Below, in pieces: positions 18,918 to 28,108 of a stretch of 64,000 bases of DNA (positions are counted from its first letter, which is position 1; each line of letters begins with the position of its first letter). The stretch is from Bdellovibrionota bacterium (GTDB taxonomy: Bacteria > Bdellovibrionota_C > UBA2361 > CALJRW01): assembly GCA_041740355.1 (NCBI GenBank), contig JBGSMD010000046.1, forward strand, positions 102,546 to 166,545. Reading direction: 5' to 3'. The translations under genes and the position numbers were made by a program. The notes under the pieces were generated by a model. That model was not told where the DNA came from, searched no databases, and was given only the letters and a program-made list of their open reading frames with translations.

Positions 18918-19382
18918 CTAGAACATCAGACTAGAATAAAGTGCCCCAATTACAAAACCAAAGATCAGGTGTGCTACTAAGTAAATAATACTGATCGCGG
19001 GACTGTGATCTCGTACTTCCGAATTGGAAGCTTTTTCGTTAAGGCTATTAAAGATTAAAAACGAAACAACAAAACCATGACCAAAACCAATTGCCGTCGA
19101 AGCTAAAATCGACTGTAATGGTGGTAGCCCTAATTTAGATAGAAGTGCAAAGTAAATAACTCCCAGAAAACTACCAATTAATAGATGAACTGCGAGACTA
19201 GCTAAACCTGAATTGCGATAGCCTTTATCGCTTAGGGCATCACCAATTGCTCGAACTGGAGAAATGTTAAATCCGGAATTTTTCCAAATTAAATGAAAAG
19301 CATAGGTTACTATGCAAGTTATTATTAAACCAGAAACTGTTCCTGCTAACAAAATTTCTGTAAATGGCTTGACTGGATCCAT
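18918..19382 (-). CDS. Four-TM membrane protein with intramembrane histidines
   Basis: Four hydrophobic helices; AVHLLIG, GFGHG, VAHLIFG. Confidence 0.65.
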   Translation of the reverse strand: MDPVKPFTEILLAGTVSGLIITCIVTYAFHLIWKNSGFNISPVRAIGDALSDKGYRNSGLASLAVHLLIGSFLGVIYFALLSKLGLPPLQSILASTAIGFGHGFVVSFLIFNSLNEKASNSEVRDHSPAISIIYLVAHLIFGFVIGALYSSLMF

Positions 19383-19421
19383 AGTCTTATTAAAAACTTA
19401 AAATTACTCCTGGGGAGATTC

Positions 19422-19570
19422 TATAGTGATGACAAAAAATAAATTACGTAAAAAGTATATAGATTAATTTGCTTTCTTGTCATAACTATATAATTTTATT
19501 ATCCCTCCGGGGGATAGAACGCCACAAAAAGTAATTTTCTTACGTAAATTACTTTTTGGACTTTCTATAT
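19422..19570 (+). repeat. 149-bp three-hairpin dispersed repeat, copy 1 (MITE-like or structured RNA)
   Basis: Closely similar to 45168-45316 and to the reverse complement of 60970-61118. Confidence 0.9.
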
Positions 19571-19736
19571 GTAAAACCTTAGCAAAATACTGTTCAATCC
19601 TGAGAGTACTCGACATAGACTAAAGAGAATACAGAAAGATTACATTTTGCAGGCTATATATCGATATGATCTTGATCATGATCGAAGTTATAAGAAGAGA
19701 CAAGATTGGTCTAACTACTTTGGAATGACTAGAATG

Positions 19737-20606
19737 CTATTGGATTTTGGAGTTTTTATTACAAAAACTTATGACATCACTTAATAATTTTGTTTTAGAT
19801 CTAAGCGGGATGGAAAATGCGGCAATTGTTCCTATGTGGTTTAGGGAGTCGTAAAATTTTACTTCTAAGTTAAGCTTATGGAGCGTAGCTTGGGCTTGCA
19901 TGCTGGTAATATTACTAAGTTCGATTACTTCATCATTTCTGCTGTGGATTAGTAAGACCGGAAGGTTGGGATTTTTAAAATACGATGCCGGCATGGCACT
20001 AGAAAGATTTTTTGCAACTGGCGAAAAGACTTCCACATAACTTTGCTTTACAGGGATAAAATCGTAGGCTCCAGATATTCCCACAAAGCCGCGAATTGAT
20101 TCCGTTGGTACGGCAAGTTGCCTCAAATAATCTTCATTTGTTGCTAAAAGGCCAGCAAGGTGAGCTCCTGCCGAATGGCCGATTAGGATAATTCTTTCTG
20201 GGTCACCACCAAATTCCTTGATGTTTTTGAAAACCCAGGAAGTTGCCTGAGCTCCATCTTCTACGAAAGTTGGATATTTAAACTTGGGATATTTTGCATA
20301 GTCTGGAATCACGACCAAGTAATCACTAGAAATAAATGGTTCCGCTACAAATCTGTAGTCATCCTTTGATCCTGTTTCCCAACCACCGCCATAAAAAAAT
20401 ATGATTACTGGTTTTAAATCTTTAGACTTATTTTTAGGTGTGTAAATATTAAGTTTTTGTCGATCTAATTCGGAATAATGGATATCTTTATATACTGTTT
20501 GGCCCTGAGAATAAGCTAAAGCATTGACCGTTAACACTTTAGCTCGAGAGCAAGAGCTAGAAAGAATCAGTAATAAGGTAAGAGCAATTTTTACAGTTCG
20601 CTGCAT
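19737..20606 (-). CDS. Alpha/beta-hydrolase (carboxylesterase), probable lipoprotein
   Basis: FFYGGGW oxyanion motif, GHSAG nucleophile, lipobox-like LSSSC. Confidence 0.88.
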   Translation of the reverse strand: MQRTVKIALTLLLILSSSCSRAKVLTVNALAYSQGQTVYKDIHYSELDRQKLNIYTPKNKSKDLKPVIIFFYGGGWETGSKDDYRFVAEPFISSDYLVVIPDYAKYPKFKYPTFVEDGAQATSWVFKNIKEFGGDPERIILIGHSAGAHLAGLLATNEDYLRQLAVPTESIRGFVGISGAYDFIPVKQSYVEVFSPVAKNLSSAMPASYFKNPNLPVLLIHSRNDEVIELSNITSMQAQATLHKLNLEVKFYDSLNHIGTIAAFSIPLRSKTKLLSDVISFCNKNSKIQ

Positions 20607-20624
20607 TACAGAGTTAAGAACAAA

Positions 20625-21209
20625 CTAAGGTTGAAGACCAAGTAAACGATCTCGAATCATTTTAATTTGGCGTAAGTGAACTTGAAGGTGCATTACGGCA
20701 AAAGTATTCCAGTCTTTTTGATTTAGTTCGCCGACCCAGGGATGAAGATGCTTCTTAGCAACATTTTTTTTAAAATCATTCTGAGCTATTGTGGTTTGAT
20801 AGTTTTGAATATGATCGGTAAACATTTTCAGGGGATCCGCAATTTCGCCCTTAGGTTTAACTCGCGCCGGATCCGCTACAATCTCTGATTTACCATAATC
20901 ATTTAATTGTTTGATGATCGCTAGAAAGCCTTCACCCACAATTGCCAGATGTTCTAGGGTCATTCCCAGTGACCAATTAGTAGAGACTTCTTCTAGTCCA
21001 AAAATTCTTTTGATTTTAACTTTTTGGTTTATTTTATCGGCATCAACAGAATTTACCAAGCGAATAATTATCTTTGTAAGTTTATCGTAGTCATTTCTAG
21101 CAAAAACCAAATCATACTTACTTAAGTAATAAGGTGTAACCAAGTATCTTAGAATAAAATTTTCAGGAAAAGGTAATTGGGCAATCGAGGCAGTATTATT
21201 AATGTTCAT
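20625..21209 (-). CDS. DinB/YfiT-like protein
   Basis: WSLGMTLEHL, HPWVGEL, HLQVHLRQI. Confidence 0.8.
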   Translation of the reverse strand: MNINNTASIAQLPFPENFILRYLVTPYYLSKYDLVFARNDYDKLTKIIIRLVNSVDADKINQKVKIKRIFGLEEVSTNWSLGMTLEHLAIVGEGFLAIIKQLNDYGKSEIVADPARVKPKGEIADPLKMFTDHIQNYQTTIAQNDFKKNVAKKHLHPWVGELNQKDWNTFAVMHLQVHLRQIKMIRDRLLGLQP

Positions 21210-21319
21210 GAAGCATTCGTTAAAAAGATTGAAAAGTCAAAAAGACGTTTTTCTCAAAAATTAGTCTAGCAAATAACTACTCTGCTGACAAAATCTCTGT
21301 TTGATGAGAGAATTAAGAA

Positions 21320-21808
21320 ATGCCATGTCCATTTGCCCCGCTATTATCTATTATTCCAGCACTGCCCTTTCTGCCCTGGATTATTGGGAAGTCAATGGAG
21401 CGGCTTGGGAAAAAAAATAAAATAAAGTTTTTGGTTGGTGAGTCAGCAAGTCAATCTAAAAATCTTGTACAGTTAGAGAATGATCAAGCTTTTTCCTTAG
21501 AGAATCCGCAATCCTGCATTAAGACCCTAGAGTTTTATCAGTCAGGTGCACCATATTTTCGCAAAACTAAAGCGCACCTAGTCCTTCTAGCTAGTGATTC
21601 TAGGAGTGAAACTTTATTGTTCACGAAATTAGAAGATTCTGAAATTGCTAAAAGTCTAACCGCTGTTTTTCTTAAACATCCACTTTCTCGGGTAGTGTTT
21701 AAGGATAACCGTATCATAGTAAAGTTGATTAATCCCGAATGTTACACTCCCGAGGCTCTTGATTTGCTGATTGGCAATCTGAGCTTAGATATTAAAGCTG
21801 TGCTTTGA
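21320..21808 (+). CDS. Hypothetical protein
   Basis: 162-aa ORF with ATG start and an N-terminal hydrophobic segment; overlaps the GMC gene 3' end by 17 bp. Confidence 0.5.
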   Translation: MPCPFAPLLSIIPALPFLPWIIGKSMERLGKKNKIKFLVGESASQSKNLVQLENDQAFSLENPQSCIKTLEFYQSGAPYFRKTKAHLVLLASDSRSETLLFTKLEDSEIAKSLTAVFLKHPLSRVVFKDNRIIVKLINPECYTPEALDLLIGNLSLDIKAVL

Positions 21809-23465
21809 TTTTATCAGCGACTCGAAAGGAATTGGCATAGATTGTCCAAGTATATGGAACGCTACCACCTGTTGGCATAAAGCTAGCATCGGACACGAAT
21901 AAATTACTGGCACTGTAGGCTCGACAATCGGGATCAAGAACATGTTGATCGGGATTATTTCCAAAGCGACATCCGCCAGCTACAAGATTCGGAGGTGGAG
22001 CACCACTAACACTGGAGGAAATATTTTTAAGTTTCATTTCTTCAAGTACCAGTTTTGCTTTGTCTCCCAGATATTTAGCAATTTTTAGATCATGTTGGTG
22101 ATACCCGAGCCGTACTTTTGCAACAGGCGTATTCCACTGATCCTTATTTTGAGTATCGAGGCTAACAAAACAATTATCTGTGGGTAACCAATCATTGAAA
22201 ACTTCAAAGTTTAGTTGTCTCTCGCTAGCAAAACCCTTTTTTAGTCTTTCCTGAAGTGACTGTCCCCAGATTAACTTTTCACCATCCCATTTTAAACTAT
22301 TTGCCCGACGAATTGGGTTGGCATGATCAAACAGAAAATCAATTAATCCACCTTTGACTCGCCCTCCTAATGATTGTTCATTAAAAATATACCAATCTTG
22401 TAGTGAGCGGTTAACAAATAGTCCCGGAGCTTTGAGACGATATGCAATTTCTTCTGGATAATCAGAGTAGTCTATCGTTCCATTGCCAGTTGCGCCGGCG
22501 GAGAAGATTAAGTTCTTACCAACTTGGCCATTATGATTAGCCAAACCATTTGGATGCTTGCTACCTGTCGACATTAATAATATGCGACTAGTTTCAATTG
22601 CTTGGCAAGCAACGACAAATATTTTGGCAGTTACTTCTTGGGATAAACCTTCGCGGTTGTAATATTTAACTTTAGTAACATTGCCTTGCGGGTTACTTTC
22701 TAAATGATAAACAAAAGAGTGGGGACGAATTTCACAGCTTCCAGTTTTGAGAGCTAAATCTAGCAGTGCGGCCCTAGCACTTCCTTTCGCTCCACTATTA
22801 CAACCATAGCTCCCACAAAAATTTGAGTAGTAACAACTGCTACGTTCGTTATGAGGAGTAGAGAGAATTGCCCGAGCCACTGGAATTGAATGGAAATTTA
22901 AATTTTTGCAGGCAGCATCAATTAATTCTACTACTTGATTTTCTTGTAGTGGTGGAAAAGGAAAATCTTTAGTTGATCTTGGTTCTTGAAAGGGATGATT
23001 AATAACTCGACCAGAAATGCCAACTATTTGTTCCACCTTAGTGTAATATGGTTCTAAGTCTTGATAAGTAATTGGCCAGTCTGAGATATTTGCGCCTTCG
23101 ATTGGTCCAAATTCAGAAAGCAAATGAAAATCTTCTGGCTTTAGCCGATGGAAGTACCCACTCATAAAATTAGATGATCCGCCAACACAGTTTCCATTCC
23201 AGAAATTTCGACCAGATTCTGTTGTACTTTCTGATTCCCAAGAATTAACTTTGCCAGTTTCAAGTACATGATACTCCTTCTTTAAACTTGGAGTGTAAAC
23301 ATCTCTACGAACAGCAACTAGTTCATCTTTAGAAAAATCTTTTTCTTTAAACCAAGGACCTTTTTCTAGAACTAGTACAGAATGTCCAGCGCTTGCTAGT
23401 TCTAAAGCAATGGGAGAGCCACCGGCACCAGAGCCGATGATACATACATCATAATCAGTAATCAT
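21792..23465 (-). CDS. GMC-family FAD oxidoreductase (gluconate-2-dehydrogenase flavoprotein-like)
   Basis: DVCIIGSGAGG, VLEKG, VGGSS, DWPITYQDLEPYY, CYYSNFCGSYGC Cys cluster, NLFVSDASFMPTGG. Confidence 0.9.
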   Translation of the reverse strand: MITDYDVCIIGSGAGGSPIALELASAGHSVLVLEKGPWFKEKDFSKDELVAVRRDVYTPSLKKEYHVLETGKVNSWESESTTESGRNFWNGNCVGGSSNFMSGYFHRLKPEDFHLLSEFGPIEGANISDWPITYQDLEPYYTKVEQIVGISGRVINHPFQEPRSTKDFPFPPLQENQVVELIDAACKNLNFHSIPVARAILSTPHNERSSCYYSNFCGSYGCNSGAKGSARAALLDLALKTGSCEIRPHSFVYHLESNPQGNVTKVKYYNREGLSQEVTAKIFVVACQAIETSRILLMSTGSKHPNGLANHNGQVGKNLIFSAGATGNGTIDYSDYPEEIAYRLKAPGLFVNRSLQDWYIFNEQSLGGRVKGGLIDFLFDHANPIRRANSLKWDGEKLIWGQSLQERLKKGFASERQLNFEVFNDWLPTDNCFVSLDTQNKDQWNTPVAKVRLGYHQHDLKIAKYLGDKAKLVLEEMKLKNISSSVSGAPPPNLVAGGCRFGNNPDQHVLDPDCRAYSASNLFVSDASFMPTGGSVPYTWTIYANSFRVADKIKAQL

Positions 23466-24112
23466 ACTTTCAAGATTTTAGGGTAGGCATTAAGCTCGTT
23501 GGGACGGGGATATCCTGGTTGGATTCCTAACCACTCCCAGCCAATTGAGTTGGGATTACCACCATAGAGGGGATCGCTAAGTAAGGCCTCAAAAATATAT
23601 TTTAACATTGCCGACAACCAATTTTCACCCCAGCTTTTTTGAGTAATAATTTGAAATATTTCTTCACGCTTTTCTTGATCTAGTTGATAGAAATTAAGCT
23701 GAAAATTTTCTTGACTTGTGTCGTTGATCCAATTAGCTCCTTTAATTAGGAATTCACGGTCATCCAAGTCAATTTGTTGATCATGTAAAACAAATTGTAA
23801 AAATTCCAAGGCATTAATTTGTTCAGCATCAAGATTATTTTTTGTCTCTGGAAAAAGGTGATTTTGCGTAGCACGAAGATTCCTAAGTTGTAGATCATTA
23901 ACGGGAGATGATAACCCCGTCTCTTGGTAGAAATATGTTAAACAGCCACTCAAACTGAGGCATCCGGTAGTCGCAAGTAAGCCTTTTAAAAAGGAGCGAC
24001 GATCGATTAGGCCTTCGGCAAAATTTACCAAGAGAGTCTTTTTATCTGTCACTTTCTTTGGAATTAAATTTTTTAAATATGAAATAATCGAGGCTAAATT
24101 TTCCTGGACCAC
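23462..24112 (-). CDS. Gluconate-2-dehydrogenase subunit 3-like Tat-exported partner
   Basis: Twin-arginine DRRSFLKG; C-terminal SDPLYGGN..GWEWLG..PG. True start is probably GTG 24052 or TTG 24031. Confidence 0.85.
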   Translation of the reverse strand: MVQENLASIISYLKNLIPKKVTDKKTLLVNFAEGLIDRRSFLKGLLATTGCLSLSGCLTYFYQETGLSSPVNDLQLRNLRATQNHLFPETKNNLDAEQINALEFLQFVLHDQQIDLDDREFLIKGANWINDTSQENFQLNFYQLDQEKREEIFQIITQKSWGENWLSAMLKYIFEALLSDPLYGGNPNSIGWEWLGIQPGYPRPNELNAYPKILKV

Positions 24113-24482
24113 TAATTATTAAGCTAACTAGCATGATTATATAATATAAGGGGATTTCGAAGCCATTTTTGCCCGCTTCGAATCCATGCTCTAAGTGTAC
24201 TGTAAAAATGGCGACTAGCATTACAAAAATTAATGGAAATGAGATTAGGCGTGTTGCTAAGCCTAAAGTTAAAAGGATTACACCAGTTATTTCAGTAATC
24301 GTTGCTAAGTAGGCATTCAGTAGTGGCAAGGGAATATTCATACTACTAAACCATTCAGCAATCGCGGAAATGTTTTTTACTTTAGCTAGTGCTGGGGAAA
24401 AAAATCCATAAGCTAGAATTAATCGAAAGAATAGCGGTGGTAGATCTTTTAATTTTGTTAGAAGGTTTAAGATCAAAGACAT
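24042..24482 (-). CDS. DoxX-family membrane protein (HvfX-like)
   Basis: KDLPPLFFRLILAYGF, LGLATR, VHLEHGF, NGFEIPLYY, GPGKFSLD. Start placed at ATG 24482 because the upstream ATG 24518 lies inside a hairpin. Confidence 0.88.
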   Translation of the reverse strand: MSLILNLLTKLKDLPPLFFRLILAYGFFSPALAKVKNISAIAEWFSSMNIPLPLLNAYLATITEITGVILLTLGLATRLISFPLIFVMLVAIFTVHLEHGFEAGKNGFEIPLYYIIMLVSLIISGPGKFSLDYFIFKKFNSKESDR

Positions 24483-24499
24483 AGATTGTTTATTGGTAA

Positions 24500-24556
24500 G
24501 TATAAAGAAAGACGACATTCATTCGTTCTTTTAATCGAAGCATTCTGAATGTCGTC
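24500..24556 (-). terminator. Hairpin plus U-rich tract downstream of the peptide gene (partial terminator or mRNA stabiliser)
   Basis: Perfect 11-bp inverted repeat GACGACATTCA (24511-24521) / TGAATGTCGTC (24546-24556), followed on the minus strand by TTTCTTTATA. The loop is long (24 nt). Confidence 0.55.
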
Positions 24557-24587
24557 GGGTGTTGAATTAAAAAATTAACTCAATCTT

Positions 24588-24830
24588 TTATCCACATTTG
24601 CCAGTACCACATTTAGCTTCTTTATCTTTTCCATCATCACATTTTTTTGTTTCTTCTTCTTTACCACCATCGCATTTTCCAGTTTCTTCTTCTTTCCCAC
24701 CATCGCATTTCGTTGTGTCATCAGCTTGAGTAGTTTGAAGATCGTTTGATGGTGTTAATGGAGCAGCACTTAATGAGCTGATACTTATAAATGTTGCGAT
24801 CAAAGCAAGTAATAGTGTTTTCTTAATCAT
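24588..24830 (-). CDS. Secreted Cys-repeat peptide, HvfA/oxazolin (EGKCG-type) RiPP-precursor-like
   Basis: Sec signal peptide, then KCDGGKEEETG-KCDGGKEEETK-KCDDGKDKEA-KCGTG-KCG (5 Cys); 33-bp tandem DNA repeat; next to DoxX. Confidence 0.75.
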   Translation of the reverse strand: MIKKTLLLALIATFISISSLSAAPLTPSNDLQTTQADDTTKCDGGKEEETGKCDGGKEEETKKCDDGKDKEAKCGTGKCG

Positions 24831-24915
24831 TATATTTCTCCGAGAATATTATATATATAGTTGTTAAAGTTTTAAGGAGTTAGAATGAAAATGCCATTCA
24901 ATAATCCTTAGTGCA

Positions 24916-24953
24916 TAAGTTAGTGATAGCATATTACAATTTATTACAGATTT
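24916..24953 (-). promoter_or_regulatory. Putative ECF-sigma promoter of the peptide/DoxX/GMC operon
   Basis: AAATCTGTAA-N17-TCACTAACTTA on the minus strand; both boxes and the spacing recur exactly at 25544-25581. Confidence 0.7.
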
Positions 24954-24999
24954 TTTTAATAATTTAGATTGATTCTCGCATCTTGCCCTAAAGCTATAG

Positions 25000-25015
25000 A
25001 GTAACTATAGTTACT
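25000..25015. promoter_or_regulatory. Perfect 16-bp palindrome in the divergent promoter region (candidate operator)
   Basis: AGTAACTATAGTTACT is its own reverse complement. Confidence 0.35.
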
Positions 25016-25056
25016 TTTGTTAACTCATTGTTTTTAATCAATATTAATATTCTGCT

Positions 25057-25647
25057 GTGAGCAAAAAATTAAATCAGATACCTCTAAATTCTTTATCAGA
25101 GGCGATAGCTAATAAAGAAACAGAGGTAATCGAACTGCTAGTACAAGAGTACACGCTTTGCCTGATGAAAGCTGGATTGGGGTTAGGCTTTTCAGTGGAT
25201 CAGGCGGAAGACTTAGTGCAAAGTGTTTGGATAGTTTTCTTTGGGCAGCCTGAGAAATTCGAACAAAGATCGCAGCTTAAGACTTATCTCTTTGGTATTT
25301 TATATAATAAAGCTCGAGAGTTACGCCGGGCTAATCAAAAAAATATTCCCGAAGATCGGATTGAAGACTTGCTAAATGAATGTTTTAATTCCAAAGGGCA
25401 TTGGTCTACTCATTTAGTCAGTCCTGATAAGATGCTCGAGTCTGTCGAGACTATTAGTTTCATAGAAAAGTGCCTTAGTAATTTACCAACATCGCAGCGC
25501 TTGGCATTTTATCTTCGTGAAATCGAAGAATATTCAAGTCAAGAAATCTGTAAGATTTTAGACGTTTCAATCACTAACTTAGGTGTGCTTTTATTTAGGG
25601 CAAAAGCAGGACTACGATACTGCTTGGAATTTAAAATTAAGACATAG
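25057..25647 (+). CDS. ECF RNA polymerase sigma-70 factor
   Basis: Region 2 AEDLVQ..FEQRSQLKTYLFGILYNK; region 4 LPTSQRLAFYLREIEEYSSQEICKILDVSITNLGVLLFRAK. Confidence 0.93.
   Translation: MSKKLNQIPLNSLSEAIANKETEVIELLVQEYTLCLMKAGLGLGFSVDQAEDLVQSVWIVFFGQPEKFEQRSQLKTYLFGILYNKARELRRANQKNIPEDRIEDLLNECFNSKGHWSTHLVSPDKMLESVETISFIEKCLSNLPTSQRLAFYLREIEEYSSQEICKILDVSITNLGVLLFRAKAGLRYCLEFKIKT
25544..25581 (+). promoter_or_regulatory. Putative intragenic ECF promoter upstream of the anti-sigma gene
   Basis: AAATCTGTAA-N17-TCACTAACTTA inside the sigma region-4 coding sequence, ending about 70 bp before the anti-sigma ATG. Confidence 0.6.
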
Positions 25648-25652
25648 TCACG

Positions 25653-25883
25653 ATGCGTTCTTGTAGAGAAATTATTAGAATAGTTGATCAGCAGACAGAG
25701 CTAAGTTTTCTTCAAAGGTTAGAGGTGCGCTTTCATCTGATAATTTGTCGCCGCTGTCTACTCTTTGCTAAGCATCTTAGGATTATCAAGAAAAGCTATC
25801 GTCGGCTTCTTAATAGTCGGATTGTTAAGATTGAGCAGCTAAAAGATTTAGAGCAGAGGATTATTAAAGATTTGAAGAGCTAA
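25653..25883 (+). CDS. Zinc-finger (ZAS/zf-HC2) anti-sigma factor, cytoplasmic
   Basis: MRSCRE...HLIICRRC (HxxxCxxC), directly after the sigma gene; no TM segment. Confidence 0.88.
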   Translation: MRSCREIIRIVDQQTELSFLQRLEVRFHLIICRRCLLFAKHLRIIKKSYRRLLNSRIVKIEQLKDLEQRIIKDLKS

Positions 25884-25885
25884 TT

Positions 25886-27808
25886 TCACTTTTCTGAAAA
25901 GTATATTTTTATTTCATCTTCTGAATTATCGTTGTTAAAGGAGATAAATGGAACGGGATCTTTCAGTAAATAAATTGGCGTAATTTTTACACAAGGTTCT
26001 GTTCGTAGTCCCTCGATATAATGAAATTTAGTGATAATTTCTCCTGATGATAATTCAGATAAATTAATTTGATTGATCGCATAATCAACTTTTCCTTGGC
26101 CTTTTATAAACCAGCTTGGGGCAACTTTAGTTTTGAAAATTGAGTATAGCTCTGAAGCAAAAATACTGGTCGAATCGATGAACGGTTCAAGTCGTACTTT
26201 GGTAATCAAATTAGTGGTTGCAATATGTGTGATGTTATAAAGATTTAAGTAGTTTTCAAAGTTACTATCTGGCAAATAAGGAATTTCTTGAAACGCAGTT
26301 AAATCATCCCCTTGATAAAAAATCTGGAAGTTGTTTTTGGTATGGCTAGACTTAGCCTCTTCGCCAATTTGAGCAATATTACTAGTGGCATTAATTATTG
26401 CCGGTAGATGAAAGGTAAGCTTGTCAGCGGTTTCCATTAATAGCCTACCATCCCTAGGAAGTTCTTTGGAAATAAAGTCTACTAAGTGTTGTTCTTCAGG
26501 TAATAAAATATTGAAGAATTTTTTATCCTTAGTTAGTGAGAAGAAATTAGAATAAGGAACTGTTTTATAGGGGGTCGATTGAGGGATACTATAAGTTGAT
26601 TCAGAGTATTTATAAACAAACCCAGAAATAATTAGCCCCAGGTAGAAGGTCATCTTTACAAATCTATTTGTTTTCTGACTAAGCTGTAAGGCCGAAAAAA
26701 TTAACACTACGATCCAAGCAGGGAGGATAAATCTTGTTGCTTGAATTTTATTTTCAAGGGTGAAAATGTCTGCAAACGAAGCAATTGTAATTAAATAAGC
26801 TAACCAATAAAGTAACAATTTTTTATGGCAAAAGGATTTTTGTAGGTTATTTTGCAGATACATTGCTCCCAAAAGCATTAGGCTACTACGAATTATTGCA
26901 CTTAAAATATTGAAGGGATCTAGCCTCATTATTCCAAATAGTTCGTGGAAGATTCCTAAGTGATTGCTTCTTAAATAGTCTGCTCCGACGTACCAATCTT
27001 TAGTTTCAATCCAGAGTGCAAATAAGTTGTAATTGGCAAATATACAAGTTAAGAAAGTGAACGATAAGCCAAGTAAGTGTGCTCGTTTTTTTTGCCAAAT
27101 TAAATTTAAAGTAATCAGTAATATGGGAAATGCCAGAAGGATCAATGAGGCAATGTGTAATTGGATAACTAGTACAAGTAATATTGTGAAAAGTAAGTAG
27201 CTTCTTTTTTTTGAGATTAAGGTCCAACGGTGGAGTACCAGCACTATATAAATGGAGATAAAGCTAGATGCCTCAAAGGTTAGAAGAGCACCATTTTGAA
27301 TTCCAGGAGTGTTAGGTAAATGAAAACCATAAACGGTGGCAAGTAAAATGAGTGCTGGGATATAAACTTTAGAATTATTGTAGAGTATTTTGCAAATTGG
27401 AATTAATAAGAGTGGTGGTAGGATAATTAGCGACAATTCTAAATATAGAAGTGTTTCTTCTACGGAGAAAATAGGTTTTAAATAATAACAAATTTTGGTT
27501 AATAGTATGCACCCGATACTTAGGGTCGGGCTAATTATTCGACCAGCCCCCATATAGGGATCGTATCCAAGGAGCTGACCATTTTCCTCAAGTACTTTTA
27601 CGCCTCGCAATACCCACAAATAGTAACTACTTAGATCAATATTCAATAGTGGAAACTTACTATTTAGATCGACACCGAAGAGTAGTTCGTGAATTTTAAT
27701 CAGATAAAGGCTGATAGCTAGAATTAGGTATATTACCCAAGTCAGTTTCTTATTACCCCCAAAATATTTAAGAGCATAGGTGGTCAGATTATTTCGAATA
27801 TTAATCAT
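25886..27808 (-). CDS. Polytopic membrane protein, GT-C glycosyltransferase-like
   Basis: About 11-13 TM helices, first-loop GYDPYMGAG, soluble C-terminal domain (DGRLLME, YLNLYNITHI). Confidence 0.55.
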   Translation of the reverse strand: MINIRNNLTTYALKYFGGNKKLTWVIYLILAISLYLIKIHELLFGVDLNSKFPLLNIDLSSYYLWVLRGVKVLEENGQLLGYDPYMGAGRIISPTLSIGCILLTKICYYLKPIFSVEETLLYLELSLIILPPLLLIPICKILYNNSKVYIPALILLATVYGFHLPNTPGIQNGALLTFEASSFISIYIVLVLHRWTLISKKRSYLLFTILLVLVIQLHIASLILLAFPILLITLNLIWQKKRAHLLGLSFTFLTCIFANYNLFALWIETKDWYVGADYLRSNHLGIFHELFGIMRLDPFNILSAIIRSSLMLLGAMYLQNNLQKSFCHKKLLLYWLAYLITIASFADIFTLENKIQATRFILPAWIVVLIFSALQLSQKTNRFVKMTFYLGLIISGFVYKYSESTYSIPQSTPYKTVPYSNFFSLTKDKKFFNILLPEEQHLVDFISKELPRDGRLLMETADKLTFHLPAIINATSNIAQIGEEAKSSHTKNNFQIFYQGDDLTAFQEIPYLPDSNFENYLNLYNITHIATTNLITKVRLEPFIDSTSIFASELYSIFKTKVAPSWFIKGQGKVDYAINQINLSELSSGEIITKFHYIEGLRTEPCVKITPIYLLKDPVPFISFNNDNSEDEIKIYFSEK

Positions 27809-28108
27809 TATTAACTTGAACGGAAGATATGCTTGAACCCTAATATTTTCGAGTAGAGCATTTTACTAATTATAATTTCTTAAAGTTATTAAAATATTAA
27901 GTAGCAAAATGGACCAGCTTGTTATTATTCAGGTGTTTTAAATCATTCTTAAAGGATTAGATTTCTACAAGTAGCATAAATCAATAATTTCTCCCAAGCC
28001 AAATTGTAGTTGCAAGCTTGGTTATCCTTGTAATCTCATACCCATTATATTACTATATAAAATACCTATAATCAGGGATGTTTTCATATCCCCTTGTGAA
28101 TTATTCAA

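Noticed and set aside
19422-19570. CRISPR repeat or tRNA interpretation of the dispersed repeat
   Set aside because: Copies are 149 bp and lie 16-26 kb apart with no spacer array, cas genes or cloverleaf/T-loop motifs.
21320-21808. Nfu/NifU N-terminal-like domain in the C-terminal half
   Set aside because: Resemblance is too weak to call by eye.
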